Shown here one piece after another: positions 1-8,298 of a DNA stretch of 38,702 bases. The DNA lies in IMG/VR virus record IMGVR_UViG_3300036982_000387, positions 1-38,702 of that record. The stretch is one strand, 5' to 3'. How positions within the stretch are numbered: the first letter of the stretch is position 1; the number at the start of each line of letters is the position of its first letter. This DNA comes from a virus. Its lineage: Duplodnaviria; Caudoviricetes. The notes beneath the pieces were generated by a model. It did not search any database, had not been told where the DNA came from, and was given only the letters and a program-made list of their open reading frames with translations. Position numbers and translations under genes: made by a program.

Positions 1-88
1 TTTAGAATATTTTAGCTTGCAAACCTCCCCCGATGAGATAAAATAAAAACGTGGCTGCAGTTTCCTTTGAGGATATGCCACACCTACT

Positions 89-206
89 GTGGAAGGTAGG
101 AGATGTAAAACAGATAAATCTCAAAGAGTTTTCGAAGCTGGTTTGATTGTCGCGTTTTCTGTTCGCGCCATTCATCTTCCACCCAGCTCCGAAAGCTCTT
201 TTTTTT
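89..206 (+). ncRNA. c4-antisense-like structured leader RNA upstream of rha
   Basis: Stem AAAGAGTTTTCGAAGCTGG (123-141) pairs with CCAGCTCCGAAAGCTCTTT (183-201), followed by a T-run. Enclosed TCTGTT (158-163) and CTTCCAC (176-182) are complementary to upstream AACAGA (109-114) and GTGGAAG (89-95), the a/b-a'/b' layout of P1/P4 c4-type RNAs. Confidence 0.55.
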
Positions 207-218
207 CGAGTAAATTTT

Positions 219-884
219 ATGATTCCTTCAATTCAAACCGCTTTGACAATGACCAGCCGCGAGATTGCAGAATTAACCGGCAAAGACCACAAAAATATAA
301 TACGCGATATAGAAACAACGCTTCTTCAGGCTGAAATAGATGCGCTCAATTTTGAGCACACCTACATTGACTCACAAAACAGATCACAGCGCGAATACCG
401 ACTACCGAAGCGCGAGTGTGATCTGGTTGTATCTGGCTACTCGGTTAAATACCGGTTAGCAATTATAGACCGTTGGCACGAACTAGAAAACAAGCCAGCA
501 AAAAATCAGATATTGGTTCCCGACTTTAGTAATCCAGCGGAAGCCGCTAGAGCGTGGGCAGCGCAATACGAAGCTGCGCAGTTAGCAATCGCAACAAAGG
601 CCGAAATAGGCTCTAGGCGCGAAGCTACCGCAATGAATACCGCAAGCCAAGCAGTTAAGCACGCAAACAAGCTAGAGATAGAGCTAGACCGTTCAAAGCA
701 GTTTTCATCTGTTAAGCGCATGGAGATGCTTTACCACGGCCAGAAATTCAACTGGCGCGAACTAAAGAGCACTTGCGCGCTTATGGGCTTGGAGCCTATC
801 GATATTTTTGATGCTAACTATGGAACCGTAAAGGCGTGGCCTGCTGAAGTCTGGCGCGAGGTTTATGCATTGGAGATTATTTAA
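219..884 (+). CDS. rha: Rha-family phage regulatory/antirepressor protein
   Basis: N-terminal MTSREIAELTGKDHKNIIRDI and YRLPKRECDLVVSGYSVKYRLAIIDRWHELE are Rha-domain signatures. ATG 219, after the leader hairpin, is preferred to TTG 147. Confidence 0.85.
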   Translation: MIPSIQTALTMTSREIAELTGKDHKNIIRDIETTLLQAEIDALNFEHTYIDSQNRSQREYRLPKRECDLVVSGYSVKYRLAIIDRWHELENKPAKNQILVPDFSNPAEAARAWAAQYEAAQLAIATKAEIGSRREATAMNTASQAVKHANKLEIELDRSKQFSSVKRMEMLYHGQKFNWRELKSTCALMGLEPIDIFDANYGTVKAWPAEVWREVYALEII

Positions 885-892
885 TTCAGTAG

Positions 893-920
893 TTGCGTGC
901 CGCTGAATTAAGGTTATAAT
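893..920 (+). promoter_or_regulatory. sigma70-like promoter
   Basis: TTGCGT (893-898), 16 bp, TATAAT (915-920). Overlapped by inverted repeat TTAATTCAG/CTGAATTAA (881-889/903-911). Confidence 0.55.
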
Positions 921-931
921 TATCGCGCAGT

Positions 932-1058
932 GTCGAAACTGTAAACAATTGAAAGGTAACAGAAGCATTCTCCAGAGTCGCCCTTTGTTGCCGTAATCTT
1001 AACCGCCTTGGTTGCGCCTTTCAGCGGCATTTCGACCAAGGGGCGACCCTAGAGAATG
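932..1058 (+). ncRNA. second c4-antisense-like structured leader RNA
   Basis: 22-bp stem 966-987/1037-1058 (19 Watson-Crick pairs plus 1 G-U) and inner stem TGCCG/CGGCA. Loop CCTTTCA (1017-1023) and TTTCGAC (1030-1036) are complementary to upstream TGAAAGG (950-956) and GTCGAAA (932-938). Confidence 0.65.
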
Positions 1059-1607
1059 TTTATGACAAAACGTAAATCAATTTCTAAAAAAGTCCGATTT
1101 GAAATATTCAAACGGGATAATTTTTGCTGCGCTTATTGCGGACAACGGCCACCACAAACAACTCTTGAGGTTGATCATATCCATCCTGTATCTGAAGGCG
1201 GCGGAAATGATGATAACAACCTAATAACATCATGCCTTGAGTGCAATCGCGGAAAATCAGCCCGACTATTGACCTCTATCCCTGAAAGCCTTTCTGAAAA
1301 AGCCAAGCGAATAAAGGAATGTGAAGAGCAGCTTTCCGAATACAGGAAAATAATAAACTCACAAAACGACAGAATCGAATCTGATTGCTGGAAGGTGGTT
1401 CATGCGATATTCGGCGAGGAAATAGATAGATTAAGGACTGACTGGTTTTCTTCGATAAAGCGATTTTTATCATCACTTGATCTTGATGAAGTTATTGAAG
1501 CTGGCGAGATTGCAGGATCAAAAATGCACTTCAATTCCGATAAAAAGAAATTTACTTATTTTTGCGGTATCTGCTGGAACAGAATAAGGGAGAATCAAAA
1601 TGGCTAG
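1056..1607 (+). CDS. HNH endonuclease
   Basis: RFEIFKRDNFCCAYCG...LEVDHIHPVSEGGGNDDNNLITSCLECNRGK is a classic HNH/Zn motif. Confidence 0.9.
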   Translation: MFMTKRKSISKKVRFEIFKRDNFCCAYCGQRPPQTTLEVDHIHPVSEGGGNDDNNLITSCLECNRGKSARLLTSIPESLSEKAKRIKECEEQLSEYRKIINSQNDRIESDCWKVVHAIFGEEIDRLRTDWFSSIKRFLSSLDLDEVIEAGEIAGSKMHFNSDKKKFTYFCGICWNRIRENQNG

Positions 1608-2436
1608 AGCGCGCAACATAAAGCCAGCATTCTTCACCAATGAGCAGGTTTCCGATAACTGCCCTCTTGGTAGATTGCTGTTCATCGGTTTATGGACTAT
1701 GGCTGATTACAAGGGCGATCTTGAGTGGAAAGAAAAAACGCTCAAGATTCAAATATTGCCGTGGGATGAGTGCAGCGTAAAAGAACTCGCGATTAATCTG
1801 GATAAATCTGGATTAATACGGTTCTACTCGGACGGGGTTAAGACTTACATCAATATCCCTAATTTTGAGAAGCACCAGAACCCACATAAGAATGAGCGCG
1901 ACAAAGGAAGCGAAATTCCGGTGTTTACAAATGAAGGCCGCCAACTTATTGATTTTAAAGGACTCACGATTAATCGCGATTTATCTGGATTAAAACGGAA
2001 CGACTCGCATAGTGATCGTGCTGATTCCCTCTTACTGATTCCTGATTCCCCTATCCTGAATCCTGATTGCGTAAAACCGGAATCGCAACAAGTCGCTCAA
2101 GTTACGCCTTCGGCTCCACCGCGAAAAAAGGCAAGCCGATTGCCTGATGACTGGCGACCTGATCGCGAATACTTGGAAGCTGCAAAACTGATTAAACCTG
2201 ATTTAACTCAAGAATGGTTTATTCAGGTAGCACACAAGTTCAAAGATTACTGGATAGCAAAAGCTGGAAAAGACGCGACTAAGGCAGATTGGTTGGCTAC
2301 TTGGAGAAACTGGATAAGGCGAGAGGTTGATAATGCAAAAAGTGGAACTGGAACAAATGGCAAAAAATCTTATGGTGAGCAGCGCGCCGAACTCTTCGAC
2401 GGACTCACAGACTACGCCAAAGCAACAAAATTTTAG
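1600..2436 (+). CDS. phage replication initiator (replisome organizer, O-like)
   Basis: N-terminal ARARNIKPAFFTNE...RLLFIGLWTMADYKG and C-terminal FKDYW...DWLATWRNWIRRE are typical of lambdoid initiators; internal short repeats present. Confidence 0.8.
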   Translation: MARARNIKPAFFTNEQVSDNCPLGRLLFIGLWTMADYKGDLEWKEKTLKIQILPWDECSVKELAINLDKSGLIRFYSDGVKTYINIPNFEKHQNPHKNERDKGSEIPVFTNEGRQLIDFKGLTINRDLSGLKRNDSHSDRADSLLLIPDSPILNPDCVKPESQQVAQVTPSAPPRKKASRLPDDWRPDREYLEAAKLIKPDLTQEWFIQVAHKFKDYWIAKAGKDATKADWLATWRNWIRREVDNAKSGTGTNGKKSYGEQRAELFDGLTDYAKATKF

Positions 2437-2899
2437 CGACCACGAACGAGACGTTACTGGTTACTTGTTCGCAAAGCTTGTGGTGCTGTATGCCGGAGCG
2501 TTTTATCTGGTTTACCCAAGCTTGAAAGAGGCAGATTTTGCAAAGCGTGAATACGCCAAACAAATTGGTCAATATTCCCGCGACCAGATCGACACAGCTT
2601 TGAAGCTACTGGCAAGCCTCGCCATTTCGCCAGAGAGAGAAAACAAGATATTCCGCGAGCCAAACATCCCCGCAATCTTAGCGTTGATGGAAGAGGCTGT
2701 TAAACGCGATAGAGCGCACCAGCTATTTTTGCCAGTACCGCCAGAATCGGCAGAAGATAAGGAAAATCGGATAGAGCTCGGGCGAGTTGAAGCGGCTAGA
2801 TTGCTTGCCATGTTCGAGCAAGAGCCGGAACAAAAACAGCTAACGCAGGTTGAAATTGACGATCTTGCACGATTGGAGAGAATCAAGAATGACGTATAG
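2333..2899 (+). CDS. putative helicase loader (lambda P-like)
   Basis: Overlaps the initiator 3' end; LFAKLVVLY...AKREYAKQI pattern resembles P-like proteins. Start uncertain (2333 or 2357). Confidence 0.5.
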   Translation: MQKVELEQMAKNLMVSSAPNSSTDSQTTPKQQNFSDHERDVTGYLFAKLVVLYAGAFYLVYPSLKEADFAKREYAKQIGQYSRDQIDTALKLLASLAISPERENKIFREPNIPAILALMEEAVKRDRAHQLFLPVPPESAEDKENRIELGRVEAARLLAMFEQEPEQKQLTQVEIDDLARLERIKNDV

Positions 2900-3002
2900 C
2901 CAGAGACTAGATATTTTCTGTTATTGGGCAGACTTTTACGGTCTAAAAATAATTGCGCCAAAATATGCGCACAATGATAACGATACAACATGGGCGAAAT
3001 AA
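2889..3002 (+). CDS. small hypothetical protein (37 aa)
   Basis: Hand-translated ORF in a tightly packed operon. Confidence 0.4.
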   Translation: MTYSQRLDIFCYWADFYGLKIIAPKYAHNDNDTTWAK

Positions 3003-3004
3003 TC

Positions 3005-3157
3005 ATGTTTAAACAACAGCTAAAGCAATGGAACCAAAACCGCAGCCAGTACCGAGGCATTAAACCCACGTTTGAAGGTATGTGGTGCATCCGTGGGGGT
3101 GACGTAGTAAGCGATTTAAAGAGAGCGGTTTTGATCCGAGACGGTGTTTTGAAATGA
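3005..3157 (+). CDS. small hypothetical protein (50 aa)
   Basis: Hand-translated ORF with an ATGA overlap to the next gene. Confidence 0.5.
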   Translation: MFKQQLKQWNQNRSQYRGIKPTFEGMWCIRGGDVVSDLKRAVLIRDGVLK

Positions 3158-3297
3158 CTGAAATCAAAACGGCATGGCACTTCTACTGCGTAAACGGCAA
3201 GCAAGGCACGATGGTAATGCCATACCCTTGCAGCGCAGAAGAAGCGCTACGGGAATGCAGGCTATCATTGGGCGTTAAGGTTATGAGGGTTTACTAG
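3154..3297 (+). CDS. small hypothetical protein (47 aa)
   Basis: Hand-translated ORF, ATGA-coupled to the previous gene. Confidence 0.5.
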   Translation: MTEIKTAWHFYCVNGKQGTMVMPYPCSAEEALRECRLSLGVKVMRVY

Positions 3298-3298
3298 T

Positions 3299-3312
3299 GC
3301 AAAGAAATGTAA
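3299..3312 (+). repeat. 14-bp direct repeat, left copy (GCAAAGAAATGTAA)
   Basis: Identical to 5620-5633; the pair brackets the ibrB/ibrA-like module. Confidence 0.8.
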
Positions 3313-3370
3313 GTTCAAATTACAGGAAGCGCGAAAACTGAAACAATGATAAAAACAACGGAGATACAAA

Positions 3371-4042
3371 ATGCTTGAAGAAATATTAAATAAACTGGAT
3401 TTTATCGGATCGCTTGATCTTGATGAAAAAGTGGTAGCAATTAACGCGATAAGAAAGCGCTTGCATGAGTTAAGCCCTTTTAATTCTTGCCCTGTAGATT
3501 TTGTTGAGTGGGTTAAGAATGAAAACGTACACGCTAACGACTACAACCCAAACAGCGTAGCCCCCCCAGAAATGAAGCTTTTGGAGCGATCTATTGAGGC
3601 AGACGGATACACGCAGCCAATTGTTACATGGCCAAACAATGGCTACGAAGTGGTTGACGGGTTCCACCGCCACAGAGTTGGCAAAGAATCGGAAATTGTC
3701 CAAAAAATGGTTATGGGTTATTTGCCTGTAGTTTCTTTGGCTGTTGATCGCCACGAAAGAAATGACCGTATGGCCGCCACAATTCGCCATAACCGCGCAA
3801 GAGGCAAACATAGTGTATCTGCTATGTCTGAGATTGTAGTCGAGCTGAAAAGGCGTTTTTGGAGCGATGAGCGAATTGCAAAAGAATTAGGAATGGAGCC
3901 TGATGAGGTTTTGCGGTTGCAGCAAGTTAAAGGCTTGGCGTTCGCGTTTAAAGATTCTGATTTTAGTGAGTCATGGGAGGCTGAATCTTTCGCTGATTTA
4001 GGTAAGGATGAATTTGAAGGGGAGCTGATTAATGAGAATTAA
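3371..4042 (+). CDS. ibrB: ParB/Srx-domain protein (IbrB/YbdM-like)
   Basis: ANDYNPNSVAPPEMKLLERSIEADGYTQPIV...VVDGFHR...RMAATIRHNRARGKH; RBS GGAG. Confidence 0.85.
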   Translation: MLEEILNKLDFIGSLDLDEKVVAINAIRKRLHELSPFNSCPVDFVEWVKNENVHANDYNPNSVAPPEMKLLERSIEADGYTQPIVTWPNNGYEVVDGFHRHRVGKESEIVQKMVMGYLPVVSLAVDRHERNDRMAATIRHNRARGKHSVSAMSEIVVELKRRFWSDERIAKELGMEPDEVLRLQQVKGLAFAFKDSDFSESWEAESFADLGKDEFEGELINEN

Positions 4043-4418
4043 AAGAATTTACCACCACTTTTCAAAATGCGAAGAATTCAAAAGCGTTATGTGGCAGTCA
4101 TCACTTGGATTCGATAAGAAAGAAAAGGCTAAGCAGTGCTCTGAGTTTATGTCAGATACAGATTTATTTAGCGCTGCAATGATGCTGGTTATTGCTGAGT
4201 GGCCGTTGTCATGCGAGGCAAACTTTACAAATACAGGGATTAATCAGGTTGCTTGGCTTGGTCAAGCTGCTGCTGCAATAGCTATTGAATGCCCCGAAGA
4301 CATAACAAAAGAGGCTTGGGGTTTGCTGGGTTCAGATAAGCAAGAGCTGGCAAACAATGCGGCAAAAATGCACATTAAAAAATGGAAGCTTGCGCATTTG
4401 GAGAGTTTTTATGCCTAA
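4032..4418 (+). CDS. hypothetical protein within the ibr module
   Basis: 128-aa ORF overlapping both neighbours; EWPLSCEANFT...AWLGQAA motif. Confidence 0.75.
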   Translation: MRIKRIYHHFSKCEEFKSVMWQSSLGFDKKEKAKQCSEFMSDTDLFSAAMMLVIAEWPLSCEANFTNTGINQVAWLGQAAAAIAIECPEDITKEAWGLLGSDKQELANNAAKMHIKKWKLAHLESFYA

Positions 4419-5619
4419 GAAATACATTGGTGTTGACGTTTTAACGTCCGCAAAAGAACGAATAGCCTACACATTTGATAATTTTGAGCGCGTATGTGTG
4501 TCGTTTTCAGGCGGTAAAGATTCGGCGGTAATGCTTCACTTGGTTATGGATGAGGCTATCAAGCGTGGTGTTACCGTGGGGGTGCTGTTTATCGACTGGG
4601 AATGCCAGATGAAAATGACAATCTCGTTTTGTGAACAGATGTTTGAAAAGTACGCGGGAAACATTGATCCGTTTTGGGTATCGCTTCCAATGAAAACATG
4701 GAATGCAACAAGCCAGTTCGAGCCGGAGTGGACAGCTTGGGATAAAGACAAAAAAGATTTATGGGTTCGCCAGCCAAGCAAGCATTCAATAACTGATTAT
4801 GATTTTTTTGACTTCTGGCACTATGGAATGCCATTTGAAGAGTTTGTGCCATGCTTTGCAAAGTGGTACGCACAAGGAAAATCATGCGCTCAATTTGTTG
4901 GAATCCGTGCGGATGAGTCATTAAACCGATTTAGAACAATTTCCCGCGATAAGCCTATGTTTGACAGTAAGCCATGGACGACTAACGTTATCGAAAATTC
5001 ATGGAACGTTTACCCAATTTACGACTGGAAGACAAAAGACATTTGGGTTTACTTGGGTAAGTTTGAAAAAGAATATAACAAGCTTTATGACTTCATGATG
5101 CAGGCCGGAATGAAGCTATCACAAATGCGAATCTGTGAGCCGTTCGGTGATGAGGCTAGAAAGGGTCTATGGCTCTATCAAGTGTGTGAGCCAGAGATGT
5201 GGGGCAAGCTAGCTTTGCGTGTCGCTGGCGCTAATACTGGTGCCTTATACGCAACCGAGAAAGGTGCTGTCATGGGCAATCACTCTATAGCCTTGCCAGC
5301 CAATCACACTTACGAATCTTTTAGTATGCACCTGCTAGAAACAATGCCAAGCCGAACAGCGGAGCACTACAAAAACAAATTGTTTGTGTACTTGAATTGG
5401 TGGGCTAAGCGTGGCTACGAAAACGGAATACCGGACAAGGTTGAGGTTAAGCTAGAAAACAATGGCAAGGTTCCATCGTGGAGAAAAGTTTGTAAAACAA
5501 TTCTTAAAAATGACTTCTGGTGCAAAGGTCTTGGGTTTAGCCCGACAAAAAGCTCAGCTTATGAAAAGTACATGAAGCAAAAGGCAGAAAAGCGCAAAGA
5601 GACAGGCGTAATGGCTTAA
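4411..5619 (+). CDS. ibrA: PAPS-reductase-family protein (IbrA/YbdN-like, DUF3440)
   Basis: PP-loop VSFSGGKDS, VGIRADESLNR, YPIYDWKTKDIW, MRICEPFG and PSWRKVCKTILKNDFWCKGLGF motifs. Confidence 0.85.
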   Translation: MPKKYIGVDVLTSAKERIAYTFDNFERVCVSFSGGKDSAVMLHLVMDEAIKRGVTVGVLFIDWECQMKMTISFCEQMFEKYAGNIDPFWVSLPMKTWNATSQFEPEWTAWDKDKKDLWVRQPSKHSITDYDFFDFWHYGMPFEEFVPCFAKWYAQGKSCAQFVGIRADESLNRFRTISRDKPMFDSKPWTTNVIENSWNVYPIYDWKTKDIWVYLGKFEKEYNKLYDFMMQAGMKLSQMRICEPFGDEARKGLWLYQVCEPEMWGKLALRVAGANTGALYATEKGAVMGNHSIALPANHTYESFSMHLLETMPSRTAEHYKNKLFVYLNWWAKRGYENGIPDKVEVKLENNGKVPSWRKVCKTILKNDFWCKGLGFSPTKSSAYEKYMKQKAEKRKETGVMA

Positions 5620-5633
5620 GCAAAGAAATGTAA
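5620..5633 (+). repeat. 14-bp direct repeat, right copy
   Basis: GCAAAGAAATGTAA immediately after the ibrA stop codon. Confidence 0.8.
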
Positions 5634-5691
5634 ATCCGCTAACGCTCACCAATAAACTCGGGTAGATTACAAAAAACAAACAGGAGGATTC

Positions 5692-6042
5692 ATGAACAGA
5701 GACGAATTCGAAGAATGGTACGTTAAAAAGTACATGGCCATGATGATAGGCGGTAAAGAAGCTATCGAAGGCTTGCGCAATGGCGCAGGATACGATAACG
5801 AACACATTGATGGAGCATGGGAAGGCTGGCAGCTATCAGAGCAAGGAATAGACCTACAGTGTCACGTTAAAGTTAGCGCTGCGCAGGCCTTTGTGTTCAT
5901 TCTGCTGATTATGGCAATAACTGGCCTGCTGTATTGGGTGTGCTTCTCAGAGTCATTTTACAAAATTTTAATGGCTTATTGTGATGCGTGTAGAGAGGTT
6001 GCGATTATTAACTATTTGGAGTTGACGCGTGCTAACACTTGA
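5692..6042 (+). CDS. hypothetical protein with a TM segment
   Basis: Strong RBS AGGAGG; N-terminal RDEFEEW...AWEGWQ phage motif; hydrophobic stretch. Confidence 0.7.
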   Translation: MNRDEFEEWYVKKYMAMMIGGKEAIEGLRNGAGYDNEHIDGAWEGWQLSEQGIDLQCHVKVSAAQAFVFILLIMAITGLLYWVCFSESFYKILMAYCDACREVAIINYLELTRANT

Positions 6043-6214
6043 CCAAGACGGCAGTGCTTTAACTGTCACGCAAGAAGGTGTAACTATGCCAGCCAATTAC
6101 TCGTTCAGGTGCATTAATGATTTTGTTCATGCGCACGATACGGATTTTGAAGACTTGCAATACTTGGCGCTTGGAATGGCCACATACATCGAAGAACTGG
6201 AGCTAAAGAAATGA
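6029..6214 (+). CDS. hypothetical protein
   Basis: Overlapping ORF in the operon, RBS GGAG. Confidence 0.55.
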   Translation: MLTLDQDGSALTVTQEGVTMPANYSFRCINDFVHAHDTDFEDLQYLALGMATYIEELELKK

Positions 6215-6342
6215 GAAAAACACAGTGCGAGAAGTGCAAAGCTTATGCGATTTACTACGTGCTCGGTAAGCCTGAGTGTGCAAGCTGCAAAGAGATTGAG
6301 CGGTCTAAGATTGTGAATTCAGGGGTTAAAGTACGATCTTAA
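6211..6342 (+). CDS. small Zn-finger protein (43 aa)
   Basis: Hand-translated; CEKC...CASC; ATGA overlap with the previous gene. Confidence 0.55.
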   Translation: MRKTQCEKCKAYAIYYVLGKPECASCKEIERSKIVNSGVKVRS

Positions 6343-6374
6343 TAAATCTTTACGCTTCTATTTGAAAAAAGAGC

Positions 6375-6403
6375 TTGCGTGACAAGTCACAATATATAAT
6401 AAT
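6375..6403 (+). promoter_or_regulatory. promoter with palindromic operator
   Basis: TTGCGT (6375-6380) overlapped by GTGAC-AA-GTCAC (6379-6390), then AT-rich TATAATAAT. Confidence 0.5.
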
Positions 6404-6453
6404 GATCTCACTGAAGCGAAAGGCGCGACAGAAAAACAAAATAGGTGATTAAG

Positions 6454-6660
6454 ATGGAAGCTAAATTGATTGCAGCAGGTGGTAAAGTTTGGGAAAAAGA
6501 CGCAATGAAACGCATTTACCTTACTCAAGAGATTGTCAATAAGGCTGATTTAGGTATCAACTTTAACGAAAAGAAACACAAACTGTTTTTTGATTGTGTT
6601 ACCTCTAAATTTGCTGGAACTTCTGATACTTTTGTGAAGGCATTAAATGCAAACATCTAA
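6454..6660 (+). CDS. hypothetical protein
   Basis: RBS AGGTGA; GKVWEK...KRIYL motif seen in small phage proteins. Confidence 0.7.
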   Translation: MEAKLIAAGGKVWEKDAMKRIYLTQEIVNKADLGINFNEKKHKLFFDCVTSKFAGTSDTFVKALNANI

Positions 6661-6877
6661 AGAAAAGGGCGCGAAAGCGCCCCAATCAGCCGCCCAACGC
6701 AAAGCAGCACAAAGGGCAAGGCTAAAGGCCCAGGGGCTTGTATCTGTTAAGTTTCCTGAGTTATGGGTAACGCCAGAGCAGGCGAGGGAAATAGAGTTCA
6801 GAACAGCGGATTTTATAGAGGATTTTTTGGAGAGATTTCATGCCAATAACGATAACCCTAAACCAGATAATTGCTAA
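6647..6877 (+). CDS. small putative DNA-binding protein (RHH-like)
   Basis: SAAQRKAAQRARLKAQGL...ELWVTPEQ pattern. Confidence 0.6.
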   Translation: MQTSKEKGAKAPQSAAQRKAAQRARLKAQGLVSVKFPELWVTPEQAREIEFRTADFIEDFLERFHANNDNPKPDNC

Positions 6878-7238
6878 AAAGCCATGCCAAAACGGATTAG
6901 AGCGATTACTTAAAATTAAAGGCAAGCCGATTGATTACGCTGGCGATGACGTTGAGTTCCCAATGTCCGATATACTAAAAAGCAATATCTTGGATGATGC
7001 AATTTGGGCAATGCGCTGCTTACCTCAGTACGCGCAAATGTGGAGAAAGTTTGCAATCTGGTGTGGCAATGCGGATTTACAGGTAAAGTTCGTTCAACAG
7101 AACGCAGCTTATTTGGCATTTAGGTGCGCAAAGTACACATCTGGCAAGATGCAAACAGCGGTACAGTTTTTAAACGAAAGAGAGCGGCAAACCGAAAAAT
7201 TAAGACAAATACTAACTTTGGGACATTGGGAAGATTAA
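6840..7238 (+). CDS. hypothetical phage protein
   Basis: ITLNQI...PCQNG...ILKSNILDDAIWAMRC pattern; RBS GGAG. Confidence 0.7.
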   Translation: MPITITLNQIIAKKPCQNGLERLLKIKGKPIDYAGDDVEFPMSDILKSNILDDAIWAMRCLPQYAQMWRKFAIWCGNADLQVKFVQQNAAYLAFRCAKYTSGKMQTAVQFLNERERQTEKLRQILTLGHWED

Positions 7239-7239
7239 A

Positions 7240-7506
7240 ATGCTAACTAAGACACAACTACTACTTTTAACACTGATGACGACTTTGGGTGGCTCATTCG
7301 CTGCGCTAATCGTTATCGGCATATTCTCTGGCGATTTCACTTTTGCGGCGTATAATCTGGTTTTGATTATTGCAATGTTCGGCGCTGTATTCACATTTGG
7401 CGATACATGTAGGCGCAAATACAAATTCTATGACGACTCAACACCAATGAGAAGATCGACTGATTTACACATAGGCGGTGAGATTCACGAACACTTTAAA
7501 AGCTAA
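7240..7506 (+). CDS. membrane protein with 2 TM segments
   Basis: Two hydrophobic helices. Confidence 0.6.
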   Translation: MLTKTQLLLLTLMTTLGGSFAALIVIGIFSGDFTFAAYNLVLIIAMFGAVFTFGDTCRRKYKFYDDSTPMRRSTDLHIGGEIHEHFKS

Positions 7507-7585
7507 TCGGTAGAGTCGCCCACTATTAAAAATGGGCAATAATTCGCAGGAAGGCACAAAGAGCATTACCTAAGCACCCTGTCTT

Positions 7586-7608
7586 GCCTCGCTATGCGGG
7601 GCTTTTTT
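7586..7608 (+). terminator. rho-independent terminator
   Basis: GCCTCGC-TAT-GCGGGGC followed by TTTTTT. Confidence 0.8.
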
Positions 7609-7613
7609 GTTTA

Positions 7614-7622
7614 TGCTATAAT
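7614..7622 (+). promoter_or_regulatory. extended -10 promoter for the late/packaging operon
   Basis: TGCTATAAT directly after the terminator and upstream of terS. Confidence 0.5.
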
Positions 7623-7704
7623 CTCACTATCTGCAGCGGTGCTGCGATAACATGAGGAATGACCGGTGGTCAGTGATACATATGTTTGCAAGGCGGGATT
7701 ATAG

Positions 7705-8298
7705 TTGGCTGAAGCAAAGGCTAAAAAAAAGGCAATAAGCCCATCAAAATGGGCAGATGTGATGCGCCGTTATATTGTTGATGGCGAATCCGCTAGCGTA
7801 TTGGCTAGAGAATTGGGGGTGTCAGAGACGGCAGTACGGAAGCGCGCAGGTTCGAAAAGGTTTGAGGTAAAAGACATTGCAAATCAAATAGTTAGCGCTG
7901 AACAGCAATATGAGCGGCTCGACAAAGGTTCGAAATCGCTTGTTGATGATATGGCGGCGCAACTAAGGGCGGTAAATAGCGGACTAATGCGTGCAGCGGT
8001 CAACGGGGCAAACAGTAGCGCAAGACTATCGGCCTATGGCGTAAAGCAGTTGGATGACATAGACAAGCTCGCAGCCGCAAACCCAAATTTCAAAATCATG
8101 GACGCGCAGGAAGAGCTGCAGGCATTTGGTGTGGTTACAAAACTAGGCAATGATGCCGCGCAGTTAAGTGTTCAGCTCATCAATGCGAACAAGGAGAGCC
8201 TAAAGGCGCAAGAAGATAAAGAAGTGGCTCAACCTATCAGCGTGATGATAGAGGTTCAAAACGCCCGCAATCCAAGCCGCCAAAATGCCGAAGCTTAA
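7705..8298 (+). CDS. terS: terminase small subunit
   Basis: N-terminal HTH (SASVLARELGVSETAVRKRA), directly upstream of terL. Confidence 0.7.
   Translation: MAEAKAKKKAISPSKWADVMRRYIVDGESASVLARELGVSETAVRKRAGSKRFEVKDIANQIVSAEQQYERLDKGSKSLVDDMAAQLRAVNSGLMRAAVNGANSSARLSAYGVKQLDDIDKLAAANPNFKIMDAQEELQAFGVVTKLGNDAAQLSVQLINANKESLKAQEDKEVAQPISVMIEVQNARNPSRQNAEA

Noticed and set aside
2569-3204. 211-aa minus-strand ORF
   Set aside because: Antisense shadow of the coupled plus-strand genes, with no recognisable motif.
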